A stretch of 64,000 bases of DNA from Candidatus Cacconaster scatequi (GCA_018065305.1 JAGHTO010000014.1:6243-70242), one strand, 5' to 3'. Shown: positions 20,440 through 31,208, counted from the first letter of the stretch. Program-made: numbers and translations. Notes: generated from the letters alone by a model not told the origin.

Positions 20440-21972
20440 TTATTTAATCGTTTCAGGCAAGTCGCACACTACGCGGAATCCGATACCTTTTATGTCCGAG
20501 TACCACCAGATGCTCTTGGGCTTCTGCGGGTCGGTCTTCAACCACGCATCGTGATTCGTTGCGGCACGGGAGGCGCTGCGCACCTCCGCAGCATCACTGC
20601 TATAGAGGCCTCCGCGGACAACGTGTTCCGTTCCTTCGGCAGGACCCTTGGGGTCAACTGCGCCATCCTTAAGTGCGCTGTATGCATCCTCGGCGTACCA
20701 GTCGGAGCAATACTCCATCACATTGCCGAGCATATTCTTGAGTCCGAGAGGATTCGAGGCAACCTTGTCCGGAGTCTGGGTACGGTTCCGGCTGTTCAAA
20801 GCGTAAACGACATATCTGTTTATCATCGCCGTATCCGGCTTGAACACACTGCGTAGAAAGCCTCTCGACGAGAATTTCCTTGGATTTCCTTCAAAGAAAT
20901 AAGGGGTCTGGGAACCGCCTCTGGCGGCATATTCCCATTCTGCCTCAGTCGGAAGCCTGTAATGCTTGCCGGTCTTGAGACTGAGCCACTGGCAGAACGT
21001 CTGAGCGGCATAGTGGGTCATCGTCAGAGCCGGGCGACTGTTCATCCCCCAGCCCTGGTCAGGATTTCCGAAAGGAGGGGTCGGGCCGCTGACAGCATCG
21101 ATTCCCGGAGTGGAATTGTGCTTGTATATCTTCTCGGGAGGAGTCCGCCCCTCGGACATTGTCTCGTTATAGAATGCCCAGTACTGATCCCAGGTAACCT
21201 CGACCTCACCCATAAAAAAGTCCGACACCGTCACCTGACGCTGCGGACCTTCATTTTCATTGCGCAAAGGTTCGTTCTTCGGACTGCCCATCGTGAAACT
21301 GCCGCCGGGGACGGCTACCATCTTCAAACTTACGGCAGTACCGGGAATATGTTCCTCGAAAGATTCGAAAGCCGTCACTTCGGTGGCTGTCTCATACTTG
21401 GACCTCACTTCGTTTGTCAGGTCTCGAACCAGTCCGCTGAGACGCTTATGCGTATAGTCCGGGTTATAATGCCCCACGTCCAGATGGCAGTTGATGCACT
21501 GCAGGTCCAGCTCTTCGGCGTGCTCATCATAGTAGAGGTGCGCGGAAATGCCGTCATCGCTGATCCCCTCCGGATAGAGGTCGTGATGGCACTTGAGACA
21601 GGACTCGTTGTAGACTATACCGGTCGCATATTCCAGTTCCTTCCTGGAAGCCCAGTCTATCTTTTCGGTATCCTTGAACATATAGGACATCAGGTCCTTC
21701 ATACCCGTACCGGCCTTCGCCGCCATATGATGGAAGTAATTGTCCTTAGGAGGGAGGTGACACTCCGCGCAGTCGGCCATCGTGCCGGAAGAGTTCAGGA
21801 AGTGGGAACTCTGTTTCCAGCTTTTGTCGGCGTCGGGGTGAACGTGACAGGATGCACAATATTCGTTGGTAGATGTTTTGCCGGCCGCATAGTCGATGCC
21901 AAGCATCAGTGCCACGCCGGCGAAGCCACAGGATAAGGCTATGATAAGTTTATGCTTTGTCTCACTTGTCAT
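20440..21972 (-). CDS. Membrane-anchored tetraheme cytochrome c (NapC/NirT/NrfH-like) fused to an FGE-sulfatase (SUMF1-fold) domain
   Basis: An N-terminal TM helix is followed by four CxxCH motifs (CASCH, CAECH, CLKCH, CINCH) within about 170 aa. The FGE-fold blocks follow (MVAVPGGSFTMGS, YRLPTEAEWEYAARGG, GNVMEYCSDWY, VVRGG). Confidence 0.75.
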   Translation of the reverse strand: MTSETKHKLIIALSCGFAGVALMLGIDYAAGKTSTNEYCASCHVHPDADKSWKQSSHFLNSSGTMADCAECHLPPKDNYFHHMAAKAGTGMKDLMSYMFKDTEKIDWASRKELEYATGIVYNESCLKCHHDLYPEGISDDGISAHLYYDEHAEELDLQCINCHLDVGHYNPDYTHKRLSGLVRDLTNEVRSKYETATEVTAFESFEEHIPGTAVSLKMVAVPGGSFTMGSPKNEPLRNENEGPQRQVTVSDFFMGEVEVTWDQYWAFYNETMSEGRTPPEKIYKHNSTPGIDAVSGPTPPFGNPDQGWGMNSRPALTMTHYAAQTFCQWLSLKTGKHYRLPTEAEWEYAARGGSQTPYFFEGNPRKFSSRGFLRSVFKPDTAMINRYVVYALNSRNRTQTPDKVASNPLGLKNMLGNVMEYCSDWYAEDAYSALKDGAVDPKGPAEGTEHVVRGGLYSSDAAEVRSASRAATNHDAWLKTDPQKPKSIWWYSDIKGIGFRVVCDLPETIK

Positions 21973-22111
21973 ATCCTTACAAAATTAAATAATATTTCCC
22001 TTTCCGACAAATAAAATTTTGCCGCGACAGCGATATGACAAATTGTCAGCCACTATACGGTTGGTTTGAAAATTGTCTATAAGGCAGAGTGTTATAAGAA
22101 GCTGTTTTGAA

Positions 22112-24196
22112 ATGGAGGAAAAGATTATGAACAAGGAAAATATGGAACTTCTCGGCAAATATGCCGTGAATCTGAACGAAAGAGCGCGAAGCGGAAAACT
22201 GGACCCGGTCATCGGACGGGACGAAGAAATCAGACGCGTCCTTCAGATACTGAGCCGCCGTACCAAGAACAATCCCATACTGGTCGGAGAGCCGGGTGTG
22301 GGCAAGACGGCCATTTCGGAAGGCATTGCCCAGAGAATAATCAACGGGGACGTACCGGAGAATCTAAAAAGGAAGGAAGTCTATTCTCTTGATATGGGCG
22401 CACTTATAGCCGGAGCCAAATATCAGGGGGAGTTTGAGGAAAGACTCAAGGGGGTGGTGAAGGCCGTGACTGAAAGCGAAGGTGAAATCATCCTTTTCAT
22501 AGATGAAATCCACACTCTTGTCGGTGCCGGAAGGTCTTCCGGAGCAATGGATGCCGCCAACATACTCAAACCGGCGCTGGCCCGTGGAGAACTCAGGGCC
22601 ATCGGCTCCACCACGCTCGATGAATACCAGAAATACTTCGAGACCGACAAAGCTCTGGAACGCCGTTTCCAGATGGTGATGGTGGAGCAGCCCGGTACCG
22701 CCCAGTCCATCTCGATTCTGCGCGGCCTGAAGGAGAAATATGAAAATCATCACAAAGTCAGAATAGAGGATGATGCCATCATTGCCGCCGTGGAGCTGTC
22801 ACATCGCTACATAACCAACCGTTTTCTGCCGGACAAGGCCATAGACCTGATTGACGAGGCGGCTTCGAAACTGCGTCTGGAGATGAATTCCGTTCCCGAA
22901 TGCATCGATGAACTGGACAGGAAAATCAAACAGCTGGAAATTGAGAAAGAAGCCGTCAAGAGAGAGGGAGAGAGTCCCAAACTCTCCAATATCGAGGCGG
23001 AGATAGCACAGACTTCGAAACGCAGGGCCGAACTGGGGAAGCAGTGGGATTATGAAAAGGGCGTTCTCAAGGCAATTCAGGATAACCGTCAGGCGATAGA
23101 GAAGTACCGTCACGAGGCCGATGAAGCGGAAAGGCGCGGAGATTACGGACGTGTCGCCGAGTTGCGGTACGGGCGTATCGCCGGAGCGAAGGCTGAGATA
23201 GAAAGACTTGAAGCGGAGAAGGCCGGGAATCCGAACCCCATTATGAACGAGGCCGTCACGGACGAGGACATAGCGGAGGTTGTGGCCCGATGGACAGGAA
23301 TCCCCGTAAACAGGATGCTGGAGAGCGAAAGAGAGAAACTTCTGCACATTGAAGAGGTTCTGCACCGTAGGGTCATCGGTCAGGACGAAGCCATTGAGGC
23401 TGTCTCAAATGCAGTCCGCCGTTCACGCGCCGGACTGCAGAACGAGAAGCGCCCGATCGGGAGCTTCATGTTCCTCGGGACGACCGGTGTGGGCAAGACC
23501 GAACTGGCCAAGACCCTTGCAGAATATCTCTTCAATGACGAGAATATGATTACCCGCATAGATATGAGCGAGTATCAGGAAAGGCACACCGTCAGCCGGC
23601 TGGTGGGAGCGCCTCCGGGATATGTCGGATATGACGAGGGAGGTCAACTGACCGAAGCGGTCCGCCGCAAGCCCTATTCCGTCATTCTTCTGGATGAAAT
23701 CGAGAAAGCGCATCCTGATGTCTTCAACACCCTTCTTCAGGTACTGGACGACGGGCGCCTGACGGACAACAAGGGCCGCACCGTCGATTTCAAGAACACA
23801 ATCCTGATAATGACCTCCAACCTCAGACCCGACCTTATCAGGGACCATTTCCGCCCGGAGTTTCTCAACAGAATCGATGAAATCATCACTTTCCACGAAC
23901 TGACGCCGGAGGATATACGCAAAATTCTGATTTTGCAGACAGGGCTGCTGAAGGAGAAAATGTCCTCGATGGGCATAGACCTCGATTTCAGCGAGGAGTT
24001 CATCGACTATCTGAGCAACAAGGGCTACGATCCGGCCTATGGAGCCAGACCCGTCAAGCGTGTCCTTCAGCGGGAGTTGGTGGATGCCCTTGCCAGAGGC
24101 CTTCTGGACGGGACCATCTCGAAGAACTCCACCGTCACCGCCACTTACGTCAACGGAAGCCTGCAACTGCGCACCCGTTCAAAGCGCCCTGCCTGA
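22112..24196 (+). CDS. clpB: ClpB-type AAA+ disaggregase lacking the N-terminal Clp_N domain
   Basis: The protein starts just before the conserved [41 protein letters not shown] block. It has two AAA modules and a coiled-coil middle domain. Only about 140 nt of non-coding DNA lies upstream. Confidence 0.85.
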   Translation: MEEKIMNKENMELLGKYAVNLNERARSGKLDPVIGRDEEIRRVLQILSRRTKNNPILVGEPGVGKTAISEGIAQRIINGDVPENLKRKEVYSLDMGALIAGAKYQGEFEERLKGVVKAVTESEGEIILFIDEIHTLVGAGRSSGAMDAANILKPALARGELRAIGSTTLDEYQKYFETDKALERRFQMVMVEQPGTAQSISILRGLKEKYENHHKVRIEDDAIIAAVELSHRYITNRFLPDKAIDLIDEAASKLRLEMNSVPECIDELDRKIKQLEIEKEAVKREGESPKLSNIEAEIAQTSKRRAELGKQWDYEKGVLKAIQDNRQAIEKYRHEADEAERRGDYGRVAELRYGRIAGAKAEIERLEAEKAGNPNPIMNEAVTDEDIAEVVARWTGIPVNRMLESEREKLLHIEEVLHRRVIGQDEAIEAVSNAVRRSRAGLQNEKRPIGSFMFLGTTGVGKTELAKTLAEYLFNDENMITRIDMSEYQERHTVSRLVGAPPGYVGYDEGGQLTEAVRRKPYSVILLDEIEKAHPDVFNTLLQVLDDGRLTDNKGRTVDFKNTILIMTSNLRPDLIRDHFRPEFLNRIDEIITFHELTPEDIRKILILQTGLLKEKMSSMGIDLDFSEEFIDYLSNKGYDPAYGARPVKRVLQRELVDALARGLLDGTISKNSTVTATYVNGSLQLRTRSKRPA

Positions 24197-26695
24197 GAAT
24201 ACCACTTCCCCAACGGGAATTTCACCCTCGCGAACTTCAAGGAACGGTTTGCCGTCCTTCACTCCGACAGTGCCGAATCCGCCTTCGGTGGCAATGAAAG
24301 AACGGAAGTCGCCCTTGATACGGGGGTCAAGGTAGAGGGTGGAGGTTACAGCGTCATACCGGGCTCCGGTCATCGCCTGAAGCAAGGAATAGCTTGACAT
24401 TGCCCTGGAATACCAGTTGCCGCATTCATATTCATTGAAAGGATTCCTGACGCGGCCGTCATATCTGTCAAGACAGGTCCTGACAATGTCAAGTCCTTTC
24501 TCAACCTCTCCCTCGAAAATCAGATTTGCGGCCACCTGATACTCTATGCCCGTCCACACCTCATCTGAATAGACGAAGGGCAGTTCCTGCTTTCCCCCGT
24601 GAGGCCAGGTGCAGAGAAGCAATCCCCCTTCGTGACCGAAAGCATAGCCGGGCCTTTGGGGATTGGCGTGAGTGAAGAGATCTTTCTTGAGATTGTATTT
24701 ATAGACGGAACGCAGGTGTTCAGCCACCTTGTCACTGTCCACGGGGTCATCCAGCCCGGCGCACAAAGCCATCCAGCTGCCGATGATGCCGTCCGAGAGA
24801 CACCCTGTCCCGTACTGATACTTGGGCCCGTCCTTCATAAGCAGCGCGACGGCCTCAGGAGAATAGACCTGGTCGTTGATGCCGGTGAGGCGCGTGGTTA
24901 TACCCGTTGCGTCAAGCAAGGTCCAGCGCACCTTGTGATAGAAGTATTCGCCGTTCCAGAGTTTTTCCTCCATATAGGCACGGCACTTTTCGTACAAATC
25001 CTCATATCGTGAAGAATCCTCTCCAAGCCCTTTGCTGATTTCCACGAACGCCTCCAGCGCCGCGGCATAGAAACTGTTGCACATTCCGTCAGCCCCCCAG
25101 AACTCGCTCTCGTATGTGGTGATGTGCGGTTCCTCCATCGCTCCGATTTCACGCGGGTCCCAGGTTCTTATGCAATATTCGAGACTTGCCTTTATCTGGG
25201 GATAAAGTCCCCTTATCCAATCGGTGTCCCCGCTGATTCTCCAGTCCCGGTATGCCTTGATGACTCCGCCGAGCTGACCGTCAGCGGCGGCAATATGGTC
25301 GTGGCGCAGAGGCCTTATCGGCAGTCCGCTGCGGTACATCTGATGGCCGTATGTATCCTGATTGACATTGAATTCAGTCTCTCTGAGGGTCCTTTCCATA
25401 CGGGGGAAGAGGTGCGGAAGGGCCTGGGCGTAGTTCCACACGTGCGTGCAGGAACCAACGCAACTGCCCCACGAGTCACCGCTGCCTTCGTACCCCCAGA
25501 AACGGCCGTCGTGCTGTCGAAGGACAGTGGGAGATTTCAGGATGGTCAGATTGTCCGACACCGCCCTCAGAATTTCATCAGGCAGGGAAGAATCGTAGAA
25601 AGCTTCCGTAAAAGCATCGGTCCTACTGCGCAGGGAATCATAATTTTCACGCCAGTAGCCGTCAACTTCATCAATGGATGCAAATCTCGAAGCATACCAA
25701 GGCTTATAGAATTCAGGATAGTCCTTATAGAGGGATTCGTCATAACGGGTTCCGAAATCGGAACGGGCGGACGCATCATTGCCGAATCGCATATTGGTCA
25801 CGGGGACATACCAGCTGACAAGAATCCTGACAGTCCGGCTCTCCCCCGGAGCAAGGCTGAAGGGTACATAAAGAGATCCGCCCGTCGTTCCCTCCGCCGG
25901 CTCGACAGGAGTTGCATCTCCTGAAGCGGCCTTGTTCCAGGCCATTGTCATAGGGTCCCACCAACCTCCGCGGAACCACCCGCAGTCCGTATTCACCTCC
26001 TCCTCAAAAGGAGCCGACACTGCGAATGAGCCTTCGTCGTGAGGATGTCGTGGATCATTGAGACATTTGAGGACAAAGCCTTTTTCCAGCTTAAGAGTCG
26101 CACATTGGCCGGGGTCGTTCCACCCCATAAAATTGCGTGAATTGAAAGCAAACACGGCTTCCACCTCGGAAGACGAGGTATTGGTGAAACTGTATTCAAG
26201 AGCACCTGCCGGCAGACCGGAGTTATCTTCGTCTCCCGGAATGAACGGACTCCAGCCTGTAATCTGCGCGGAAAGCGGCATCGTTTCATCCTTCAGACGG
26301 ACAGTGGCGAACGGGAAGCGGGCTTCGAAGGATTCCGCCTCCGCAAATCTCGGCAACCCGTAAGTCGCTCCGGTAGAGCCTGTTCCGTTTCCGTGATTTC
26401 CGAATTTCTTCCAATCCGGAACCGGGCCTTCGACCACCTTCGTGCCGTTCTCAAGACCTTTCACGTGGACGGTCGCAAAGATGCAGGGTTCATTGAAGAG
26501 ATCGGGCTGATTCCTGACAGACATATGGGAGATGGCGCCGGTGCCCTCCATACAGAACATACCCGCCCCCATTCCTCCTATCGGAAAGGCTATGCGGTCC
26601 AGATGCCCGGCATCAAAAATGGAGTCATAATTGCTTTCGGTGCAGGCCACGGCCAGAAGAGATGCGGCGATAACCGCAACAAGGCTGTCTTTCAT
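24179..26695 (-). CDS. GH116-like glycoside hydrolase (beta-glucosidase/glucosylceramidase family), lipoprotein
   Basis: A lipoprotein signal (LLAVAC) is present. GH116-type blocks are seen: [17 protein letters not shown] and [26 protein letters not shown]. Confidence 0.7.
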   Translation of the reverse strand: MKDSLVAVIAASLLAVACTESNYDSIFDAGHLDRIAFPIGGMGAGMFCMEGTGAISHMSVRNQPDLFNEPCIFATVHVKGLENGTKVVEGPVPDWKKFGNHGNGTGSTGATYGLPRFAEAESFEARFPFATVRLKDETMPLSAQITGWSPFIPGDEDNSGLPAGALEYSFTNTSSSEVEAVFAFNSRNFMGWNDPGQCATLKLEKGFVLKCLNDPRHPHDEGSFAVSAPFEEEVNTDCGWFRGGWWDPMTMAWNKAASGDATPVEPAEGTTGGSLYVPFSLAPGESRTVRILVSWYVPVTNMRFGNDASARSDFGTRYDESLYKDYPEFYKPWYASRFASIDEVDGYWRENYDSLRSRTDAFTEAFYDSSLPDEILRAVSDNLTILKSPTVLRQHDGRFWGYEGSGDSWGSCVGSCTHVWNYAQALPHLFPRMERTLRETEFNVNQDTYGHQMYRSGLPIRPLRHDHIAAADGQLGGVIKAYRDWRISGDTDWIRGLYPQIKASLEYCIRTWDPREIGAMEEPHITTYESEFWGADGMCNSFYAAALEAFVEISKGLGEDSSRYEDLYEKCRAYMEEKLWNGEYFYHKVRWTLLDATGITTRLTGINDQVYSPEAVALLMKDGPKYQYGTGCLSDGIIGSWMALCAGLDDPVDSDKVAEHLRSVYKYNLKKDLFTHANPQRPGYAFGHEGGLLLCTWPHGGKQELPFVYSDEVWTGIEYQVAANLIFEGEVEKGLDIVRTCLDRYDGRVRNPFNEYECGNWYSRAMSSYSLLQAMTGARYDAVTSTLYLDPRIKGDFRSFIATEGGFGTVGVKDGKPFLEVREGEIPVGEVVFSGRAL

Positions 26696-26714
26696 ACTGA
26701 AACTGCTTTAGCGG

Positions 26715-29057
26715 TCAGAATTTCACAGGTACGGGGACGCCGTCCTTTGCCTTGATGGTCTGGACTTTATCTCCGATACGGACACGCACCTTCGAGGCCT
26801 TGTCCGCCGTCACCGTTGCCCCGGTGATTTTTCCATCTTTCCAGGCAATGTCCACGGTATAGCCGCCACGCGCACGCAGTCCCTTCACCTCCCCACACTT
26901 CCAGGAAGAAGGAAGGGCAGGCAGAAGGACGATTTCACCCGTATGGGACTGGAGCAGCATCTCCGCGATTCCTGCACAGCCACCGAAATTTCCATCAATC
27001 TGGAATGGCGGATGATTGTCAAACAGATTGTCCAGAGTGGACTTCGCAAGGAGAGCCTGCACATTGGCTCCGGCCTCTTCGCCATCCATCAGGCGGGCGT
27101 AGAAATTAATCAGCCAGGCACGGCTCCACCCTGTATATGACCCGCGGCGGGTCTCCGGGTCCTCATTATATTTGCGACGGCGCTCGATGGTTTTCTTCGC
27201 TGCGGTGAAAAGTTCCTGATTTGCAGGGGTGATTGTGGTACCGGGATGAAGACCGAACAGATGGGACATATGCCTGTGGCCCGGTTCAGCCTCTTCGTAA
27301 TCCTCTATCCACTCCTGAAGAGTGCCGTTCGCGCCGATCTTCAGCGGAGGCAGCTTGGCCATTGCGGCCTTGAGCTCCTTGCAGAATTCCTTGTCGGTGC
27401 CGAGAATGCCCGCAGCCTTGATGCAGGCGCCCAGGAGTTCCATAGTTATCTCCACATCCATCGTGGCGCTGTAGGTCAGTCTGTGTTCGCTGCCGTCCGG
27501 AAGGATGAAGGAATTTTCCGGAGAGTTGGAAGGCGCCGTCACGAGACGTCCCTTGCCGTCCTCCACCATAAATGAGAGCAGGAACTCGGCCGATTCCTTC
27601 ATACAGGGATATGCCACCGTCCTCAGATATTCTATGTCACCTGTGAAGAGATAGTGCTCCCACTGCGCGAGAGTGAGCCAGGAACCGGCTATCGGGAAAG
27701 TGCCCCAATCCACTCCGTCACTTATGGATGTACGGCCGAAGAGGTCGGACACGTGATTGACTGTCCACCCCTTTGCACCGAAGGTCTTGCTTGCGGTGAC
27801 ACGGCCCGGCACCCTGATGGCATCTATCCAGTTTGAGTACGGCATCACCGTCTCGGACAGATTGCACACCTCGGCAGGCCAGTAGTTCATCTGTATGTTG
27901 ATGTTGGTATGGTAATCGGAGTTCCAGGGAGCTATCATATCCTTGCACCAGATGCCCTGGAGATTTGCGGGGAGCCGTCCCGGAGCCCTTGAACTGCACA
28001 TCAGCAGATATCGTCCGTACTGGAAATAGGTTGCGATGAGAGAGAGGTCAGTGGCTCCTTCCTGCACAGCCTTGAGGCGTACGTCGGTCGGAATATCGCT
28101 CCTGTCATCGTCGCCCAGGGTCAGTGAAACACGCCCGAACATCTCATCGAACTCCTTCAGATGCCTTTCCTTCAGCGCTGCATAATCCCCGGTGACTGCG
28201 GCAATCTGCTTTCTGCATTTGGCGGCAGGGTCGATGTTGTGGTCGAAATTAAGCTGATTGACGTCATAATCGGTGTTCATCGCAATGTAAAAGAGAACCT
28301 CATCCGCACCTTCCACATAGAATGACTGGTTTGCCGTAATCATTTTTCCGCCCTTGGCGGTTCCCTTGATAAGGCCGGCAAATTTCATATGCGGCCCCGC
28401 GGGGCATCTTCCACCTTCGGGAAGGTCAATTATCTGCCCGGTGATTGCGAGAGCATCATTTGAGACAGGGCTGGCGTACGCATCCTGTTCACGGCTGTAT
28501 GAGAGTTTGAAAGTCAGAGCTCCCGGTTTGTCCGCCGATAATTTCAGCACGAGTATGTCATCCGGCGCGGAAGCGAAAAGTTCACGGGTGTAAGTCACGC
28601 CGTTTTCGGAGAACACGGTCCGTGATATGCCGGTTGAGAGGTCCAGTTCCCTGCGGAAGGAGTGGACGTCGCGTTCATCATCCTCTATGAATTCAATCTT
28701 CAGCTCTCCGAACGACTGATAGGAGCGCACCCCGACGACATCACCCATCAGTTTTGTGCGGGCGAGGTCCCTGGCCTCCGTTATCTTGTCGGCGAACAGA
28801 AGTTTCTGTATCTCCGGAATCCACTTTGCGGCATCGGCGTCCCCTTCCGTCCTGCATCCGGCCCACAGGCTTTCCTCGTTGAGCTGAATATCTCCGCTCC
28901 AGCTGCCGCCGTAATCCATCGCTCCGATGCGACCGTTTCCCACGGGCAGAGCCTCATTCCAGTTCCTCGCGCTCTGGCCATACCAGAGAACATTCTGACC
29001 CCAGCCGGTTATGGACAGCAGCAAGAGGGCCAAAACAGTTATCAGTGATTTTCTCAT
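26715..29057 (-). CDS. GH95 family alpha-L-fucosidase
   Basis: Signal peptide present. The GH95 N-terminal signature is [24 protein letters not shown]...NEESLWAG. The size of about 780 aa fits. Confidence 0.85.
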   Translation of the reverse strand: MRKSLITVLALLLLSITGWGQNVLWYGQSARNWNEALPVGNGRIGAMDYGGSWSGDIQLNEESLWAGCRTEGDADAAKWIPEIQKLLFADKITEARDLARTKLMGDVVGVRSYQSFGELKIEFIEDDERDVHSFRRELDLSTGISRTVFSENGVTYTRELFASAPDDILVLKLSADKPGALTFKLSYSREQDAYASPVSNDALAITGQIIDLPEGGRCPAGPHMKFAGLIKGTAKGGKMITANQSFYVEGADEVLFYIAMNTDYDVNQLNFDHNIDPAAKCRKQIAAVTGDYAALKERHLKEFDEMFGRVSLTLGDDDRSDIPTDVRLKAVQEGATDLSLIATYFQYGRYLLMCSSRAPGRLPANLQGIWCKDMIAPWNSDYHTNINIQMNYWPAEVCNLSETVMPYSNWIDAIRVPGRVTASKTFGAKGWTVNHVSDLFGRTSISDGVDWGTFPIAGSWLTLAQWEHYLFTGDIEYLRTVAYPCMKESAEFLLSFMVEDGKGRLVTAPSNSPENSFILPDGSEHRLTYSATMDVEITMELLGACIKAAGILGTDKEFCKELKAAMAKLPPLKIGANGTLQEWIEDYEEAEPGHRHMSHLFGLHPGTTITPANQELFTAAKKTIERRRKYNEDPETRRGSYTGWSRAWLINFYARLMDGEEAGANVQALLAKSTLDNLFDNHPPFQIDGNFGGCAGIAEMLLQSHTGEIVLLPALPSSWKCGEVKGLRARGGYTVDIAWKDGKITGATVTADKASKVRVRIGDKVQTIKAKDGVPVPVKF

Positions 29058-29172
29058 ACTTTGGTAAACTTTCTGTCCTCAAAAATAACCTATTTCCGGC
29101 AATATTCCAAGCGGATGACAGCCGACAATATTCCCGTTTTCCTTATATTTGTCTGGAAATTGTACTTGAATT

Positions 29173-30066
29173 ATGAAACAACATCTTACTTTCGTGCTGG
29201 CCGTAGTGGCCGTCATTCTAAACGCAACCGTTTCATCCGCTCAGAATTCAGAGAAAACATTTCCTACCCTGAAGCAAAACGGCAGGATTGCGGTGGTGGC
29301 CCACAGGGGCTTCTGGAACTGCGAGGCGGCAGGCTTCAGCGAGAATTCCATCGCAGCGCTCAGGGCAGCCCAGGACAACGGCTTCTGGGGATGCGAATGT
29401 GACATCCACATCACCGCCGATGACATTGTCATCGTGAACCACAACAACGACATAGAGGGCAGGATGATTTGCGATTCCAGATATTCCGATTTTGACGGGA
29501 ACCTGCTGCCGAACGGCGAAAAGCGGCCGACACTCGAAGCATACCTTGACAACGTTTACCCCGACCATAGGACCGTCATCGTCATCGAATTCAAGTCACA
29601 GAAGGATGAGGGGCGCGAGGACCTGCTGATAGACAAGACGATGGAACTGCTCAGGGCAAAAGGTCTTTTCGACCCTCAGGCGGTGGCATTCATCTCTTTC
29701 AGCAAGCATATCTGCCTGCGACTTGCAAAAGAATATCCTCAATTCGTCAACCAGTACCTGTCCGGAGACCTTGACCCGGCCGCTCTGGAAGCAGACGGCA
29801 TCAACGGCATCGACTATCATGATAACAAATTTGTGGAGAAACCTCAGCTCGTACAGGAAGCTCACGCAAGGAATATGTCCGTCAATGTGTGGACAGTCAA
29901 CGACAAGGAGATGATTGACAGGATGATATCTCTTGGCGTTGATGCAATCACGACGAACGCCCCCCTTCTCGTCCGGCAATGTCTCGGAGACAGGGAGTAC
30001 AAGACACCTGCCGCAGACAAATCAGCCGGGACAGAATGCACCGACTGCTGCGGGCAGTGCAATTAG
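29173..30066 (+). CDS. Exported glycerophosphodiester phosphodiesterase family protein
   Basis: Signal peptide present. GDPD motifs are seen (VVAHRGFW..ENS, ECDIHITADDIVIVNHN). It has an unusual Cys-rich C-terminal tail (ECTDCCGQCN). Confidence 0.8.
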   Translation: MKQHLTFVLAVVAVILNATVSSAQNSEKTFPTLKQNGRIAVVAHRGFWNCEAAGFSENSIAALRAAQDNGFWGCECDIHITADDIVIVNHNNDIEGRMICDSRYSDFDGNLLPNGEKRPTLEAYLDNVYPDHRTVIVIEFKSQKDEGREDLLIDKTMELLRAKGLFDPQAVAFISFSKHICLRLAKEYPQFVNQYLSGDLDPAALEADGINGIDYHDNKFVEKPQLVQEAHARNMSVNVWTVNDKEMIDRMISLGVDAITTNAPLLVRQCLGDREYKTPAADKSAGTECTDCCGQCN

Positions 30067-31118
30067 AGCCTTATCTCGTTGCCGCGGTATATGGTCTTCA
30101 GATGGCGACCATATACCTCCCATCCGTCAAACGGGGTGCTGTGCCCCATTGACCTGAAAGATGAACTGTCGATTGTATAGGGAGTGCCCACCTCGAAGAT
30201 TGCCTTGTCCTGCGGTGCCTCTCCAAGACGGAAGCGCCGGCGCGGATTGACGCTCATCAGTTCAATGAGACGGGCAAGAGATATAACCCCCTTCCTGACA
30301 AGATAGGTATATAATAGAGGGAAGGCCGTTTCAAGCCCGACTATCCCCATCACGCTACCCTTGAATCCACGGGACTTCTCCTCCGCGCTGTGAGGCGCGT
30401 GGTCCGTCGCAATCATATCGACCGTACCGTCACAGAGGCCCTCTAGCAAGGCGTCCCTGTCGTCCGAACTTCGGAGGGGAGGATTCATCCGGAACCGACC
30501 GTCATCCACCACATCATCCTCACAGAGAAGCAGATAGTGCGGGGCGGTCTCGCAGGTGACGTTGACACCGCGCTTCTTCGCATCGCGGATAAGTTCGACA
30601 CTCTTCCGGGAGGAGATATGGCACACGTGATAGGCACACCCCGTCTCCTCGGAAAGGGCTATGTCCCTCTCTATCATCTGCCATTCGCTCTGCGCGCTTT
30701 CACCATACCGCTTGTCCTCGCAGTGCGCCGCAATCAGCACGTCGGCAGCCGCAGCCTCACGCATTGCATCCCGCATCAGGTCATCTCCCCCTACCCCGCT
30801 TCCGTCGTCCGAGAAAGCGACGACCGAACCCTTCATCGCCCTGAAATCGACCGGTTCAAGCCCCTTTCTGCCGAGAGTGATGGTTCCGTAGGGGCGCACG
30901 TCTATCATTGCATCACGCCTTATGATTTCAAGTTCCTTTTCGAGATTTTCCGGCGAATCCGGCGCAGGATTCAGATTGGGCATCGGGCAGACGCAGGTAT
31001 ATCCCCCGGCCACCGCCGCACGGCACCCTGTCAGAATAGTTTCCTTGTATGAGAATCCCGGCTCGCGGAAATGAACGTGTACGTCCGCAAATGCGGGACA
31101 GACGATGATATCTTCCAT
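30063..31118 (-). CDS. pyrC: Dihydroorotase-like cyclic amidohydrolase (short form)
   Basis: Contains DVHVHFREPG, the metal-binding HxH motif. Other blocks are ..AAHCED.. and ..ATDHAPH... The protein begins only about 10 aa before the HxH motif. Confidence 0.75.
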   Translation of the reverse strand: MEDIIVCPAFADVHVHFREPGFSYKETILTGCRAAVAGGYTCVCPMPNLNPAPDSPENLEKELEIIRRDAMIDVRPYGTITLGRKGLEPVDFRAMKGSVVAFSDDGSGVGGDDLMRDAMREAAAADVLIAAHCEDKRYGESAQSEWQMIERDIALSEETGCAYHVCHISSRKSVELIRDAKKRGVNVTCETAPHYLLLCEDDVVDDGRFRMNPPLRSSDDRDALLEGLCDGTVDMIATDHAPHSAEEKSRGFKGSVMGIVGLETAFPLLYTYLVRKGVISLARLIELMSVNPRRRFRLGEAPQDKAIFEVGTPYTIDSSSFRSMGHSTPFDGWEVYGRHLKTIYRGNEIRL

Positions 31119-31188
31119 AACAGTCGAATACTTGCCGCAAATTTAATATTTTTATCGACACTCTCTTCGCGGGAAACTGCGACGTCCG

Positions 31189-31208
31189 CATTCTGCAAAT
31201 CATCTGCT
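31189..31208. repeat. 20-nt repeat CATTCTGCAAATCATCTGCT, copy 1
   Basis: Identical to 33419-33438. It is the inverted complement (16/17) of 31325-31341 and of 33171-33187. Confidence 0.8.
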
